A stretch of 64,000 bases of DNA from positions 212,392-276,391 of the forward strand of contig CAVTZT010000010.1 in the NCBI GenBank assembly GCA_963739255.1, written 5' to 3'. Below, one piece after another: positions 1 through 8,142 of this stretch. Within the stretch, counting starts at the first letter, position 1; every line of letters begins with the position of its first letter. Under the pieces are notes generated by a model that did no database searches, was not told where the DNA came from, and was given only the letters and a program-made list of their open reading frames with translations. The translations under genes were made by a program, and so were the position numbers. Origin of the DNA: an uncultured Chloroflexia bacterium. Lineage in GTDB: Bacteria; Chloroflexota; Anaerolineae; Anaerolineales; Villigracilaceae.

Positions 1-283
1 GCAGGAAGCCGATTGCCAGGGTCACGACCAGGGCGATGATCAGAATAAAACTGTATCCCCAGCCCTTTTGCCTCTGGCTGATTTTGTTGCCGTGGACGAT
101 CAACAGGTTGATGACACCCACGAATAAAGCAAAAGCCGCCAGGATGACCGCCCAGTTGAGCAGGATGAGCTGTAGTTCTCCCAATGGGTTGAGCGAACCA
201 TCCGCCGCACGGCCGAAAAAGTACCCCACAAGCATGAGGATTCCGGCGGCGATGGCAATGACCGTGGCGAGGATTCGATTCAC
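1..283 (-). CDS. hypothetical polytopic membrane protein, N-terminal part (gene runs off window start)
   Basis: Not in the ORF track because there is no stop in the window. The reverse strand reads GTG(283-281) VNRILATVIAIAAGILMLVGYFFGRAADGS...LLNWAVILAAFALFVGVINLLIV. The GTG overlaps the TGA of the upstream gene (GTGTGA, 285-280). The product is very hydrophobic. Confidence 0.45.
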   Translation of the reverse strand, partial: MNRILATVIAIAAGILMLVGYFFGRAADGSLNPLGELQLILLNWAVILAAFALFVGVINLLIVHGNKISQRQKGWGYSFILIIALVVTLAIGFL

Positions 284-1023
284 ACCAGACCTACCAGTTT
301 CAGGACTGCGCCGCCAAGGATGACGATGATGATCAACCAGCGCAGGATATCCTGCACGACCAGGCTGGCAGTGTGCATGCGCCCGGCTTCCATGTAGGCG
401 CCGGCGGCGAAGAGCTCTTCACCGATCAACGGGTCCTGGCTGCTGGTGTACATGATCGCTTGGGCGGGCAGGTTATCACTGGCTGCCAGAGTGAAGGCTT
501 CCTCGCGTTCGGAGGCGTCAGTCAATAAACCCGCCTCCAGGCCGAAATTTCCCATCAGGATATTGGTGGAGACATTCTCGTCGCGAATTGCGGGCAGGGC
601 GCCTGCCGCGAAGGAGAACGGCGTCAGGCCGGTCAAACGTGCCGTGGTGGGATCGTAGAAACTCTGGCCGGCGGCGCGCGAGGCCGCTTGGAGCGTATCC
701 TGGGCGAGGATCACCAGGGTCGCCTCGCCCGTGGTGGCGACCGGGGGTTTGTCGCTGGCCGAGGTCAGGTCGGCGAGTCGGCGCAAGAGGATCAGACCAG
801 CCAGAGCGGAGGCGCTCTGCGGGGTGGTCAACGCGGCGCGGCCCAACGAAACATGCAGGCGGCTGCCGTCCTCGACCACCCGGCCGATCGCCTGGCGCAG
901 GTGAGTGTAGGCAGGGATCTCCCGGAAAACAGGGGGCGATTTGCGCCGGATGACCGACAGGCCCAGCATCAGGCCGGCGCAGACCAAGACGAGAATAAAA
1001 CCGACCGCACCGAGCAAATTCAC
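280..1023 (-). CDS. hypothetical membrane-anchored protein
   Basis: 247-aa ORF with a TM helix at each end (LLGAVGFILVLVCAGLMLGLSV; WLIIIVILGGAVLKLVGLV). Its GTG start overlaps the TGA of 1020-1289. No family recognised by eye. Confidence 0.6.
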   Translation of the reverse strand: MNLLGAVGFILVLVCAGLMLGLSVIRRKSPPVFREIPAYTHLRQAIGRVVEDGSRLHVSLGRAALTTPQSASALAGLILLRRLADLTSASDKPPVATTGEATLVILAQDTLQAASRAAGQSFYDPTTARLTGLTPFSFAAGALPAIRDENVSTNILMGNFGLEAGLLTDASEREEAFTLAASDNLPAQAIMYTSSQDPLIGEELFAAGAYMEAGRMHTASLVVQDILRWLIIIVILGGAVLKLVGLV

Positions 1024-1289
1024 GGCGAGTCTGCCTCTCGAAGAAAAGCCGCGAAGGCGCGCGACTCGTCGCCGTTTTCCAGCAGGCTGGCGAGCGAGTC
1101 AAACTGCCCGGTCGAAAGGGCCGGCCGCAGCAATGGACCGGTAAGGTACAGCAGTTGTGCACCCAGGGCGGTCAGCGGGCCGGCAGCTTCCAGGGCCCAG
1201 GTAGCCAAATTCTCCAGCCCGCGGCGGCGGAGAAAAAGCGCCCACTGGGACCATAAGGGGTGGCCTTCGGAGAAGGATTCTGCCTGCAT
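1020..1289 (-). CDS. hypothetical small protein
   Basis: 89-aa ORF, first of three translationally coupled minus-strand genes. Codon usage matches its neighbours. No recognisable motif. Confidence 0.5.
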   Translation of the reverse strand: MQAESFSEGHPLWSQWALFLRRRGLENLATWALEAAGPLTALGAQLLYLTGPLLRPALSTGQFDSLASLLENGDESRAFAAFLREADSP

Positions 1290-1656
1290 ATAGGCCTATT
1301 CGCTATCAGTATAGCACAACTTGCGAATCAGTAGAACAGATGAGCACCAGTCGGATTTACTGCCACTTGAATGGATGGGGGAGCTTGGAACGACCGATGT
1401 GAGATAAAGCACGGCAGCCTGGATGCACATCTTTACAAGGCATACCCTTGTGCTATGCGCATTGAATTGTAATCGAGTCTGCCCGGGCCGGGGCATAAAT
1501 TTCAAGATTGTTAACTCGGCGAGCAGCAGGCCAGTCTTAAGTTCTCCCGCATCGCAGGTCAAGGATAGTATAATCCACTCAGGATTTACGCCCAAATTTT
1601 CAAAGTCGGAATGGAAGCGGCCCGATCGTCTATTCCTCCCTGGAGGGGATGACGGT

Positions 1657-2238
1657 ATGATCTATGGCGAGAAAATTCGCCTGCGCGCCGATGAGCGCAG
1701 CGATATCTCATCCTTCGTCCAATGGCTCAACGACCCGGAAGTGCGCGAGCACCTGTCCATGTATTTGCCGGTCTCGCTGGCCGGCGAGGAGCAATGGTTC
1801 GATAACATGCTCAAACACCCGGCCGAGGAACAGCCCCTGGCCATTGAAGTGCGTGAGGCCGTCCCCGCGGCCGGGATCATCCCCGCAGAAGTCAAGGACA
1901 GCTGGAAACTGATCGGCAACTGCGGCTTCATGGACATCGACTGGCGCGTCCGCAGCGCCGAGGTCGGGTTGCTGATTGGGGATAAAGGCTGCTGGGGGAA
2001 AGGGTACGGCACTGAGGTCATGCGCCTGCTCCTGCGACATGGCTTCGAGACCCTCAACTTGAACCGCATCTTCCTGCGGGTCGATGAGACGAACCAGCGT
2101 GGCATCCATGTTTACGAGAAAGTCGGCTTCGTTCACGAGGGACGGTTCAGGCAGGCGGTGTATTTGAGCGGGAAGTATCAGGATTTACTGGTCATGAGCG
2201 TCCTGCGGCCGGAGTGGGACAAGAAGACGAAAAGGTAG
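1657..2238 (+). CDS. GNAT family N-acetyltransferase (RimJ/RimL-like)
   Basis: ATG at 1657 is preceded by GGAGGGGA (1643-1650). The sequence 'IRLRADERSDISSFVQWLNDPEVREHL...GNCGFMDIDWRVRSAEVGLLIGDKGCWGKGYGTEVMRLLLRHGFETLNLNRIFLRV' is a typical RimJ/L-type GNAT fold. The upstream part of ORF 1423-2238 was discarded. Confidence 0.85.
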   Translation: MIYGEKIRLRADERSDISSFVQWLNDPEVREHLSMYLPVSLAGEEQWFDNMLKHPAEEQPLAIEVREAVPAAGIIPAEVKDSWKLIGNCGFMDIDWRVRSAEVGLLIGDKGCWGKGYGTEVMRLLLRHGFETLNLNRIFLRVDETNQRGIHVYEKVGFVHEGRFRQAVYLSGKYQDLLVMSVLRPEWDKKTKR

Positions 2239-2245
2239 GCGAGGC

Positions 2246-3226
2246 ATGGCGAACGAAATGAAGGTCTACGGAGGCATCAAGCTCTACTCGGGTACGGCCT
2301 CCCCGGAACTGGCACAGAAAGTCGCCGATTATTTGGGTGAGAAATTGTGCGGGCGGGATATCGTCCAGTTTCCCAATGAAAACCTGTTTGTCAAATTGCA
2401 TACCAGCGTGCGCGGCCAGGATGTGTACGTCATCCAGCATACGGCTGCACCTGTCCACCGCAACTTGATGGAGCTGCTGATCCTGCTTCAGACCCTGCGG
2501 CTGGATTCGGCGGCGCGCATCACTGCCGTCCTGCCGTACCTGTGTTACGGACGCTCTGACAAGAAGGACCAGCCGCGCGTCCCCATCACCTCCCGTCTGG
2601 TGGCGGATATGATCCAGATCGCGGGCGCGGATCGTTACGTGACCCTCGACCCGCACGCCTATCAGATCCAGGGCTTTTTCTCGATCCCGGGCGACATCCT
2701 GAACGCCTCCAACATCCTCTACGATTATGTCAAGCAAAACCTGCGCCCTTATCTCAAGGACCCGGTTGTGGTGACCGTGGACCTGGGCTATGCCAAAAAA
2801 GGGCGCAACTTCGCCGCCAGCATCGACGCGCCGATCGCCTTCATTGAGAAGCGACGCGCCACCAACGATGGCAAGGCCCAGGCCCTGACCATCATCGGCG
2901 ATGTGAAGGATCGGGACGTGCTCCTGGTGGACGACGAAATCGATACCGGCGGGTCCATCGCCCAGGCAGTCAATCTGATCAAGGACAGCGGGGCGCAGCG
3001 TGTGTATGTGATCTTCGTCCATTCGATCTTTTCCGCCAATGCCACCGAACGCCTGGCGGCCTTGCCGGTGACCGAATACATCACCACCGACAGCGTGCCG
3101 ATCCCCCTGGAGAAGCAGGAGCCGCTCAAAGGGCGGCTGACCGTGCTGAGCGTCGCGCCCCTGCTGGGCGAGGTCATCCGCCGCGCCCACGAGGGACGCA
3201 GTGTCGGGCAGATGTTCAACGAATAA
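2246..3226 (+). CDS. prs: ribose-phosphate pyrophosphokinase
   Basis: Full-length PRPP synthetase signature: 'IKLYSGTASPELAQKVADYLG', 'DVYVIQ', 'ITAVLPYLCYGRSDKK', 'VLLVDDEIDTGGSI'. Confidence 0.95.
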   Translation: MANEMKVYGGIKLYSGTASPELAQKVADYLGEKLCGRDIVQFPNENLFVKLHTSVRGQDVYVIQHTAAPVHRNLMELLILLQTLRLDSAARITAVLPYLCYGRSDKKDQPRVPITSRLVADMIQIAGADRYVTLDPHAYQIQGFFSIPGDILNASNILYDYVKQNLRPYLKDPVVVTVDLGYAKKGRNFAASIDAPIAFIEKRRATNDGKAQALTIIGDVKDRDVLLVDDEIDTGGSIAQAVNLIKDSGAQRVYVIFVHSIFSANATERLAALPVTEYITTDSVPIPLEKQEPLKGRLTVLSVAPLLGEVIRRAHEGRSVGQMFNE

Positions 3227-3258
3227 TTCCAGCAGCAATCCCCCTGAAGGAGGTCTCC

Positions 3259-3726
3259 ATGAAAGGCAACGAAAAGATCATTGCAAAGCTCAATTTCCTG
3301 CTGGCCGACGAACTGACCGCCATCAGCCAGTACATGGTGCAGGCGGAGATGTGCGCCAATTGGGGCTACGATCAGCTCGCCGAAGTGATCGAGAAGCGCG
3401 CCATCGACGAGATGAAACATGCCGAGAAGCATATTGGGCGCATCCTCTTCCTGGAAGGGCAGCCCCTCGTCAGCGAACTGAACAAAATCCGCATCGGTGA
3501 CTCCGTCGAAGCCCATCATAAGAACGATTGGGAGGCTGAAAAAGGTGCCATCCAGGCTTACAATGAGGCCATCCGTTTGGCAGTGGAAATCGGCGACAAC
3601 GGCACACGCGAAATGCTGGACGGCATCCTGAAGGACGAAGAAGTTCACATCGACTGGATCGAGGCCCAGCTCGACCAGATCAAGCAAATGGGCCTCCAGG
3701 TTTACCTGGCGGAACAGTTGAGCTGA
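3259..3726 (+). CDS. bfr: bacterioferritin
   Basis: 155 aa, colinear with E. coli Bfr: 'LNFLLADELTAISQYMVQAEMC', haem-ligand context 'AIDEMKHAEKHIGRILFLEG', 'DEEVHIDWIEAQLDQIKQMGLQVYL'. RBS GAAGGAGG lies upstream. Confidence 0.95.
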   Translation: MKGNEKIIAKLNFLLADELTAISQYMVQAEMCANWGYDQLAEVIEKRAIDEMKHAEKHIGRILFLEGQPLVSELNKIRIGDSVEAHHKNDWEAEKGAIQAYNEAIRLAVEIGDNGTREMLDGILKDEEVHIDWIEAQLDQIKQMGLQVYLAEQLS

Positions 3727-3890
3727 GAGCGGGGACTTTAGTTGCAATCAAATCGCCCGAACAGGACGGCCGCTTGTTGCAGACGCATTGGCCAAAATCG
3801 TCACGCTTGCAAGCGGCCGTTTACTTCTATCACTCCCTGGACCGGCCAAGACAATCATGAATACACGACCCTCCCCCGCCTCCCGGCTCC

Positions 3891-4100
3891 TTGATGCAGG
3901 CATTACCTTATCTCCAGGATTTGACCGCGGACGATCTCAACCAGATCCGCCAGGCTTTGATGCACCAGGAGGTGGTCGTGGTGTTTTTCGAAAACAACCC
4001 CGACCGCCGGCAGGCGCTGGAGCGGCAGATCCCGCAGCTGGATTCATTCTACGAGGGAAGCGACGGGGCCTCGATATATTTTGGGAGGCAAGCGCCATGA
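3891..4100 (+). CDS. hypothetical small protein
   Basis: 69-aa ORF between bfr and mutM with neighbour-like composition. No motif recognised. An alternative overlapping ORF 3788-4132 looks Pro/Gly/Arg-rich and artefactual. Confidence 0.35.
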   Translation: MMQALPYLQDLTADDLNQIRQALMHQEVVVVFFENNPDRRQALERQIPQLDSFYEGSDGASIYFGRQAP

Positions 4101-4124
4101 GCCCGATCAGGGACGGGTCGTGTA

Positions 4125-4925
4125 ATGCCTGAACTTCCGGAAGTCGAGACCATTGCCCGCAATATCCGGCCAGCGCTCGTCGGCAAGGTCATCCTATCTG
4201 CCGACCTGCGCTGGAAGCGCACGCTGGCTGCACCCTCCCCGGCTGCATTCAGCCGTAGGATCACGAGCCAGCGCATTGAAGAGGTCGGGCGGCGGGCGAA
4301 ATTCCTGCGCCTGGACCTTTCGCGGGATACGCTGCTGATCCATCTGCGCATGAGCGGAGACCTGCTGGTCGTTCTGGGTGGTTACCAGCCAGCCCCGCAC
4401 GACCGCCTTATCCTGAATCTCTCGGACGATACTCGCCTGATCTTCAACGATGCGCGCAAGTTCGGGCGTGTCTGGCTGACCGCCGACGCCTCCAGCGTCC
4501 TGGCAGAGCTTGGCCCTGAACCGCTCTCGGATGAATTCACCCCGCAGCTCCTTTACGCGCGCTTGCGTGCCCGCCGACGCCAATTGAAACCGCTGCTGCT
4601 CGACCAGACTTTCCTGGCCGGCCTGGGTAACATCTATGCCGACGAAGCCCTGCACCTGGCGAAGCTTCACCCACTGATGCAGTCGGATGCGATCGGCGAG
4701 TTGCAGGCCGAGAGCCTCTGGCGGGCGATCCGGGAAGTGCTCCAGGAGGGCATCCGGCGCAACGGTGCAAGCATCGATTGGGTCTACCGCGGTGGAGATT
4801 TCCAGAACCACTTCCGCGTCTACCAACGCACCGGCGAGCCCTGTCCCGTCTGCGGGACGAAGATCGAGCGCCTGGTCGTCGGCCAGCGCGGGACGCATTT
4901 TTGTCCCAAATGCCAGTTGCTTTAA
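4125..4925 (+). CDS. mutM: formamidopyrimidine-DNA glycosylase
   Basis: N-terminal catalytic 'MPELPEVETI', H2TH region, and C-terminal zinc finger 'CPVCGTKIERLVVGQRGTHFCPKCQ'. Confidence 0.95.
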   Translation: MPELPEVETIARNIRPALVGKVILSADLRWKRTLAAPSPAAFSRRITSQRIEEVGRRAKFLRLDLSRDTLLIHLRMSGDLLVVLGGYQPAPHDRLILNLSDDTRLIFNDARKFGRVWLTADASSVLAELGPEPLSDEFTPQLLYARLRARRRQLKPLLLDQTFLAGLGNIYADEALHLAKLHPLMQSDAIGELQAESLWRAIREVLQEGIRRNGASIDWVYRGGDFQNHFRVYQRTGEPCPVCGTKIERLVVGQRGTHFCPKCQLL

Positions 4926-4952
4926 AACGCAAATACTCATAAAATAACAGCG

Positions 4953-5567
4953 ATGAATGATGCCATTACCATTTTTCTGTTCGTTGTCTTTCTCGGCATT
5001 GGCACAGCTGTCGGGTATCTGATCTCCAGCCTGCGCAAGAGCACGCCTCCGCCGCCAGCGGCCGATCAATCCCCCGCGCCCCAAGGGACCGTCGAAGTCC
5101 TGCGCGTCTGGCGGGCGGCCGATGGGAAGTTGCACCTGGGGATGGACGGCCAACAGGTAGACAGTCCGGCTGCCCTCTCCCCGGAAGGACGCCGCCGGCT
5201 GGTCAAGCTGGTGATCGACTTGCGCCCCTGGCTGGAGGCCTCTTCCGAGGCCGCCCCCAGTCAGGAGACCGCCGCTCAGCCTGTCGCAACCGTTCCCAGG
5301 GAAGCCAAGAAACCCGAGGAGAAACCCGCCGCACCGACGTCGGTGCCCTTAAAGACCATCGTCCAGCAAATCGACGAGGTTCTACAGGCAAAACTGGAGG
5401 GGACAGCGCTCAAGGGCCGCGACATCGAGCTGATCGACGGCGAGCTCGGCGCGGTGATTGTCAGGATCGGATTGTATAAATACGCCGGGATCGACGCCGT
5501 CCCGGACCCGGAGATCAAGGCCCTGATCCGACAGGCGGTAGTCGACTGGGAAAAAGGCTCAAAATAA
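4953..5567 (+). CDS. hypothetical N-terminally anchored protein
   Basis: 204 aa with one N-terminal TM (ITIFLFVVFLGIGTAVGYLISSL), Pro/Ala-rich linkers and a C-terminal globular part. No family recognised. Confidence 0.6.
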   Translation: MNDAITIFLFVVFLGIGTAVGYLISSLRKSTPPPPAADQSPAPQGTVEVLRVWRAADGKLHLGMDGQQVDSPAALSPEGRRRLVKLVIDLRPWLEASSEAAPSQETAAQPVATVPREAKKPEEKPAAPTSVPLKTIVQQIDEVLQAKLEGTALKGRDIELIDGELGAVIVRIGLYKYAGIDAVPDPEIKALIRQAVVDWEKGSK

Positions 5568-5600
5568 AAAGAGCGACCTGTTGAAGGTCGCTCTAAATTT
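5566..5600. terminator. bidirectional stem-loop terminator between convergent genes
   Basis: 9-bp perfect stem AGAGCGACC (5570-5578) / GGTCGCTCT (5586-5594) with a 7-nt loop, flanked by an A-run on the left and AAATTT on the right. The right arm overlaps the elp3 stop. Confidence 0.6.
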
Positions 5601-7263
5601 GTTTGGTCAGGTACAGGCTCCCGCGTTCAAATCCGCGTTCCAGATAATAAGCACGCGTCCCCACCGCGGCGATGACTGCCATGCGGCGGAATTTGCGCCC
5701 GCGGGCGATCCTCTCCGCCTCCCGGATGAGGCGCGTGCCCAGGCCGGCATGTTGCGCCGCCCCGCGCTGTTCGCTTCCCACTGGCAGCGACTGCCCGTAG
5801 ACGTGCACCTCGCGGATCAGCGCTGCCCCGTCCAGATCGCCCAGGCCGGTTGCCGGGGAGTCTGCGGCGGGCAGGGAGAGGCGCAGGAAGCCGGCGATGC
5901 GGTCGTCCGGGGTGACAAAGGAGAGGAAATGCTCCTCGGCACCGTCGGCGGCGTAGGTCAGGTCGTCGAGCCTGAGGCTGCGGGCTTCGACCTTCTCGCC
6001 CCCCACCTCGCGACAGCGGATGCATGCGCAGCGCGTCCCGCGCCGGGCCAGCTCGGCATGCACGTCCTGCCGCAGGCTGGTGCGCTTGTTGCCCGCCACC
6101 ACGTGCGTGGAGGGAATGTCGCGGATGACGCGGTTGACGCGGCAGTAGCGCGGGATGACCGGCTTGACGTCGGCGATCAGCCCGACCAGCTCTTCCGTGG
6201 TGTAGGGCTGGTACTCGCCGCGCTGCCAGTAAGCGAACAGGGGGGCATTCTCCAGCAGCTGGCAGGGATAGATTTTGATCTCGTCCGGGCACAGGCCGTC
6301 CCACAGGCGGGCAAAATCCTCCCGGTCGGAGTCGACTGTGGCGCCCAGCAGGTTGGGCATCCAATGCAGGACGATCTTGAACCCGGCGGCGCGCACCAGC
6401 GCCACGGCGCGATGGGTCTCGGCCAGGGTGTGGCCGCGCTGGTTCAGCTCCAGAATCCGGTCGTCCAGGCTCTGTGCCCCCATCTGAATTTTAGTCACGC
6501 CCAGGCGGCGGAACCAAGCCAGCTCGTCCGGGGTGATCTCGTCGGGCCGGGTCTCGACCACCAGGCCGACGTTGCGGTGGGCGGCGGTCTCGTTAAGCCG
6601 GTGGGCGGCCTCGAGGTTTTTCACCGCGGACTCGGCCGAATGAATTTCCGCATCTTCCTGAAATCCCCTCACCCCTTGCCCCTCTCCCCTTGGGAGAGGG
6701 GTTGGGGTGAGGGCGTTCATGGCATCGAAGCAGCGCCGCACGAACCAGGTCTGGTAGTCGCGCCGGTAGGAGGAGAAGGTCCCGCCCAGGATGAGCAGCT
6801 CGACCTTGTCGGTCGGGTGGCCGACGGCGGTCAACGCCTCCAGGCGCGAGCGCACCTGGGCGTAGGGGTCGAAGCCGTTCTCAACGGCGCGCATCGCCCC
6901 CGGCTCGTCGGAGAGATAGCTTTTCGGCATGCGCACTTCGTCCGGGCAGAAGATGCATTTGCCCGGGCAGGGATAGGGCTTGGTCAGGACCGTGACGGTG
7001 GTCACGCCGGATAGCGTGCGCACCGGTTTCAGGCGGATGGCTGCCAGCAAGCCCGGGTCAGGCGTCCATTCCTCCTCCTCGACCAACTGGTAATAAGCCG
7101 CCACCAGTGCCGATTTGCTCAGGTGCCCGCCTTCCAGGGGATGTCGCCGCACTGCATCCGTGACCGGTATGCCGCCGCGCACCTCTTCGAGGGCGATCCG
7201 GGCAATTGCTAATTTTTCCGGCGTCAGGGCACGGAGTTGGGTCCAGGTATCCTTTTTGACCAT
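5593..7263 (-). CDS. elp3: bacterial Elp3-type radical SAM/GNAT tRNA U34 modification enzyme
   Basis: 556 aa. Radical-SAM cluster motif 'CPGKCIFCPDE', 'LLILGGTFSSYRRDYQ', 'VGLVVETRPDEI', 'GVTKIQMGAQSLDD', then a C-terminal acetyltransferase domain 'HAGLGTRLIREAERIARG'. This architecture is characteristic of Elp3. Confidence 0.9.
   Translation of the reverse strand: MVKKDTWTQLRALTPEKLAIARIALEEVRGGIPVTDAVRRHPLEGGHLSKSALVAAYYQLVEEEEWTPDPGLLAAIRLKPVRTLSGVTTVTVLTKPYPCPGKCIFCPDEVRMPKSYLSDEPGAMRAVENGFDPYAQVRSRLEALTAVGHPTDKVELLILGGTFSSYRRDYQTWFVRRCFDAMNALTPTPLPRGEGQGVRGFQEDAEIHSAESAVKNLEAAHRLNETAAHRNVGLVVETRPDEITPDELAWFRRLGVTKIQMGAQSLDDRILELNQRGHTLAETHRAVALVRAAGFKIVLHWMPNLLGATVDSDREDFARLWDGLCPDEIKIYPCQLLENAPLFAYWQRGEYQPYTTEELVGLIADVKPVIPRYCRVNRVIRDIPSTHVVAGNKRTSLRQDVHAELARRGTRCACIRCREVGGEKVEARSLRLDDLTYAADGAEEHFLSFVTPDDRIAGFLRLSLPAADSPATGLGDLDGAALIREVHVYGQSLPVGSEQRGAAQHAGLGTRLIREAERIARGRKFRRMAVIAAVGTRAYYLERGFERGSLYLTKQI
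6667..6712. repeat. imperfect GC-rich palindrome embedded in frame in elp3
   Basis: CCTCACCCC(6667-75)..CCCCTCTCCC(6679-88) ctt GGGAGAGGGG(6692-6701)..GGGGTGAGG(6704-12). Translated on the gene strand it reads 'PLPRGEGQGVRG'. Confidence 0.8.
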
Positions 7264-7286
7264 GGTCAGGTGTGTATAATCAGGCT

Positions 7287-8027
7287 ATGGATTCGAATGC
7301 AGCCCGGCGGCTGCTCGACCTTAATCGGCAATTCTACCAGACATTCGGGCGCGAATTCTCGGGCACACGGCAGCGCCTCCAACCGGGCGTGCGGCGCATC
7401 CTGGAAGGCCTGCGGGGCGACGAGGCGATCCTCGACCTGGGGTGCGGCAACGGCGAGCTGGGGCGGGCCCTGGCGCGCCGCGGCCACCGTGGGATATACA
7501 CCGGCCTGGACCTGAGCCTGCCGCTGCTTGAGGCGGCCCGTCGGCCGCTGGAAGGTTTCTCCGCCCAATTCATTACGGCCGATCTGGCCTCCCTGGATTG
7601 GGACCGGGCCTTCCCACCCGCCTCCTTCGACCTGGTAGCCTGTTTCGCCGTGCTCCATCATCTCCCCGGAGCGGACCTGCGTCTGGGCGTGGTGCGCAAG
7701 GCCCGCGCCCTGTTGCGCCCCGGCGGGCAGTTCGTCCATTCCGAATGGCAGTTCTTGAGCAGCGACAAACTGAAAGGGCGCATCAAGCCCTGGTCGGCGG
7801 CCGGCCTCGCGCCAGCGGATGTGGATGCCGAGGATTATCTTCTGGACTGGCGGCAGGGCGGGCACGGGCTGCGCTATGTCCATGCCTTCGACCAGGCCGA
7901 GCTGGAAGCCCTGGCCGCGGCCGGCGGTTTCCAGGTCCGGGAGACGTATTTCTCGGACGGAGAGGGCGGGAGGTTGGGGCTTTACCAAATATGGACTGTT
8001 CAGCCCGGTCCGGACAGAGGCAAGTAG
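7287..8027 (+). CDS. class I SAM-dependent methyltransferase
   Basis: Motif I 'ILDLGCGNGELGRALARRG', post-I 'GLDLS', and 'LRPGGQFVHSEW'. ATG at 7287 sits 6 nt after TATAAT (7275-7280). Divergent from elp3. Confidence 0.8.
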   Translation: MDSNAARRLLDLNRQFYQTFGREFSGTRQRLQPGVRRILEGLRGDEAILDLGCGNGELGRALARRGHRGIYTGLDLSLPLLEAARRPLEGFSAQFITADLASLDWDRAFPPASFDLVACFAVLHHLPGADLRLGVVRKARALLRPGGQFVHSEWQFLSSDKLKGRIKPWSAAGLAPADVDAEDYLLDWRQGGHGLRYVHAFDQAELEALAAAGGFQVRETYFSDGEGGRLGLYQIWTVQPGPDRGK

Positions 8028-8142
8028 CTTTCGGCTAAGTGGGGAATCGTTGAAGAGAGGAAATTGCAACGTAAATTCAAGCCTGTTCCTGAACGTCCTC
8101 ACGTATAATTTAAGGGTATCCATGTCGGGGTAGGAGGGACTC

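Noticed and set aside
1296-1595. 99-aa minus-strand ORF, and a possible ncRNA, in the 367-bp spacer upstream of the GNAT gene.
   Set aside because: The ORF has no RBS or motif and an odd composition. I could not match the spacer to SRP RNA, RNase P, tmRNA or riboswitch consensus elements by eye. It remains an unexplained lower-GC spacer with a TATAAT at 1569-74.
2192-3238. 348-aa minus-strand ORF covering the whole of prs.
   Set aside because: It is antisense to an unmistakable PRPP synthetase. The translation is Arg/Gly/Asp/His-rich with no motif. This is a typical shadow ORF of GC-rich DNA.
3788-4132. 114-aa ORF overlapping the small ORF 3891-4100 and the mutM start.
   Set aside because: The translation is Pro/Gly/Arg/Ala-rich and it overlaps mutM out of frame. 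The 69-aa alternative is kept, with low confidence only.
5581-7014. 477-aa plus-strand ORF opposite elp3. ORF 5627-6364(-) lies in another frame.
   Set aside because: The Elp3 frame carries all the family motifs. The alternative frames are Ala/Gly/Arg/Pro-rich with no recognisable domain.
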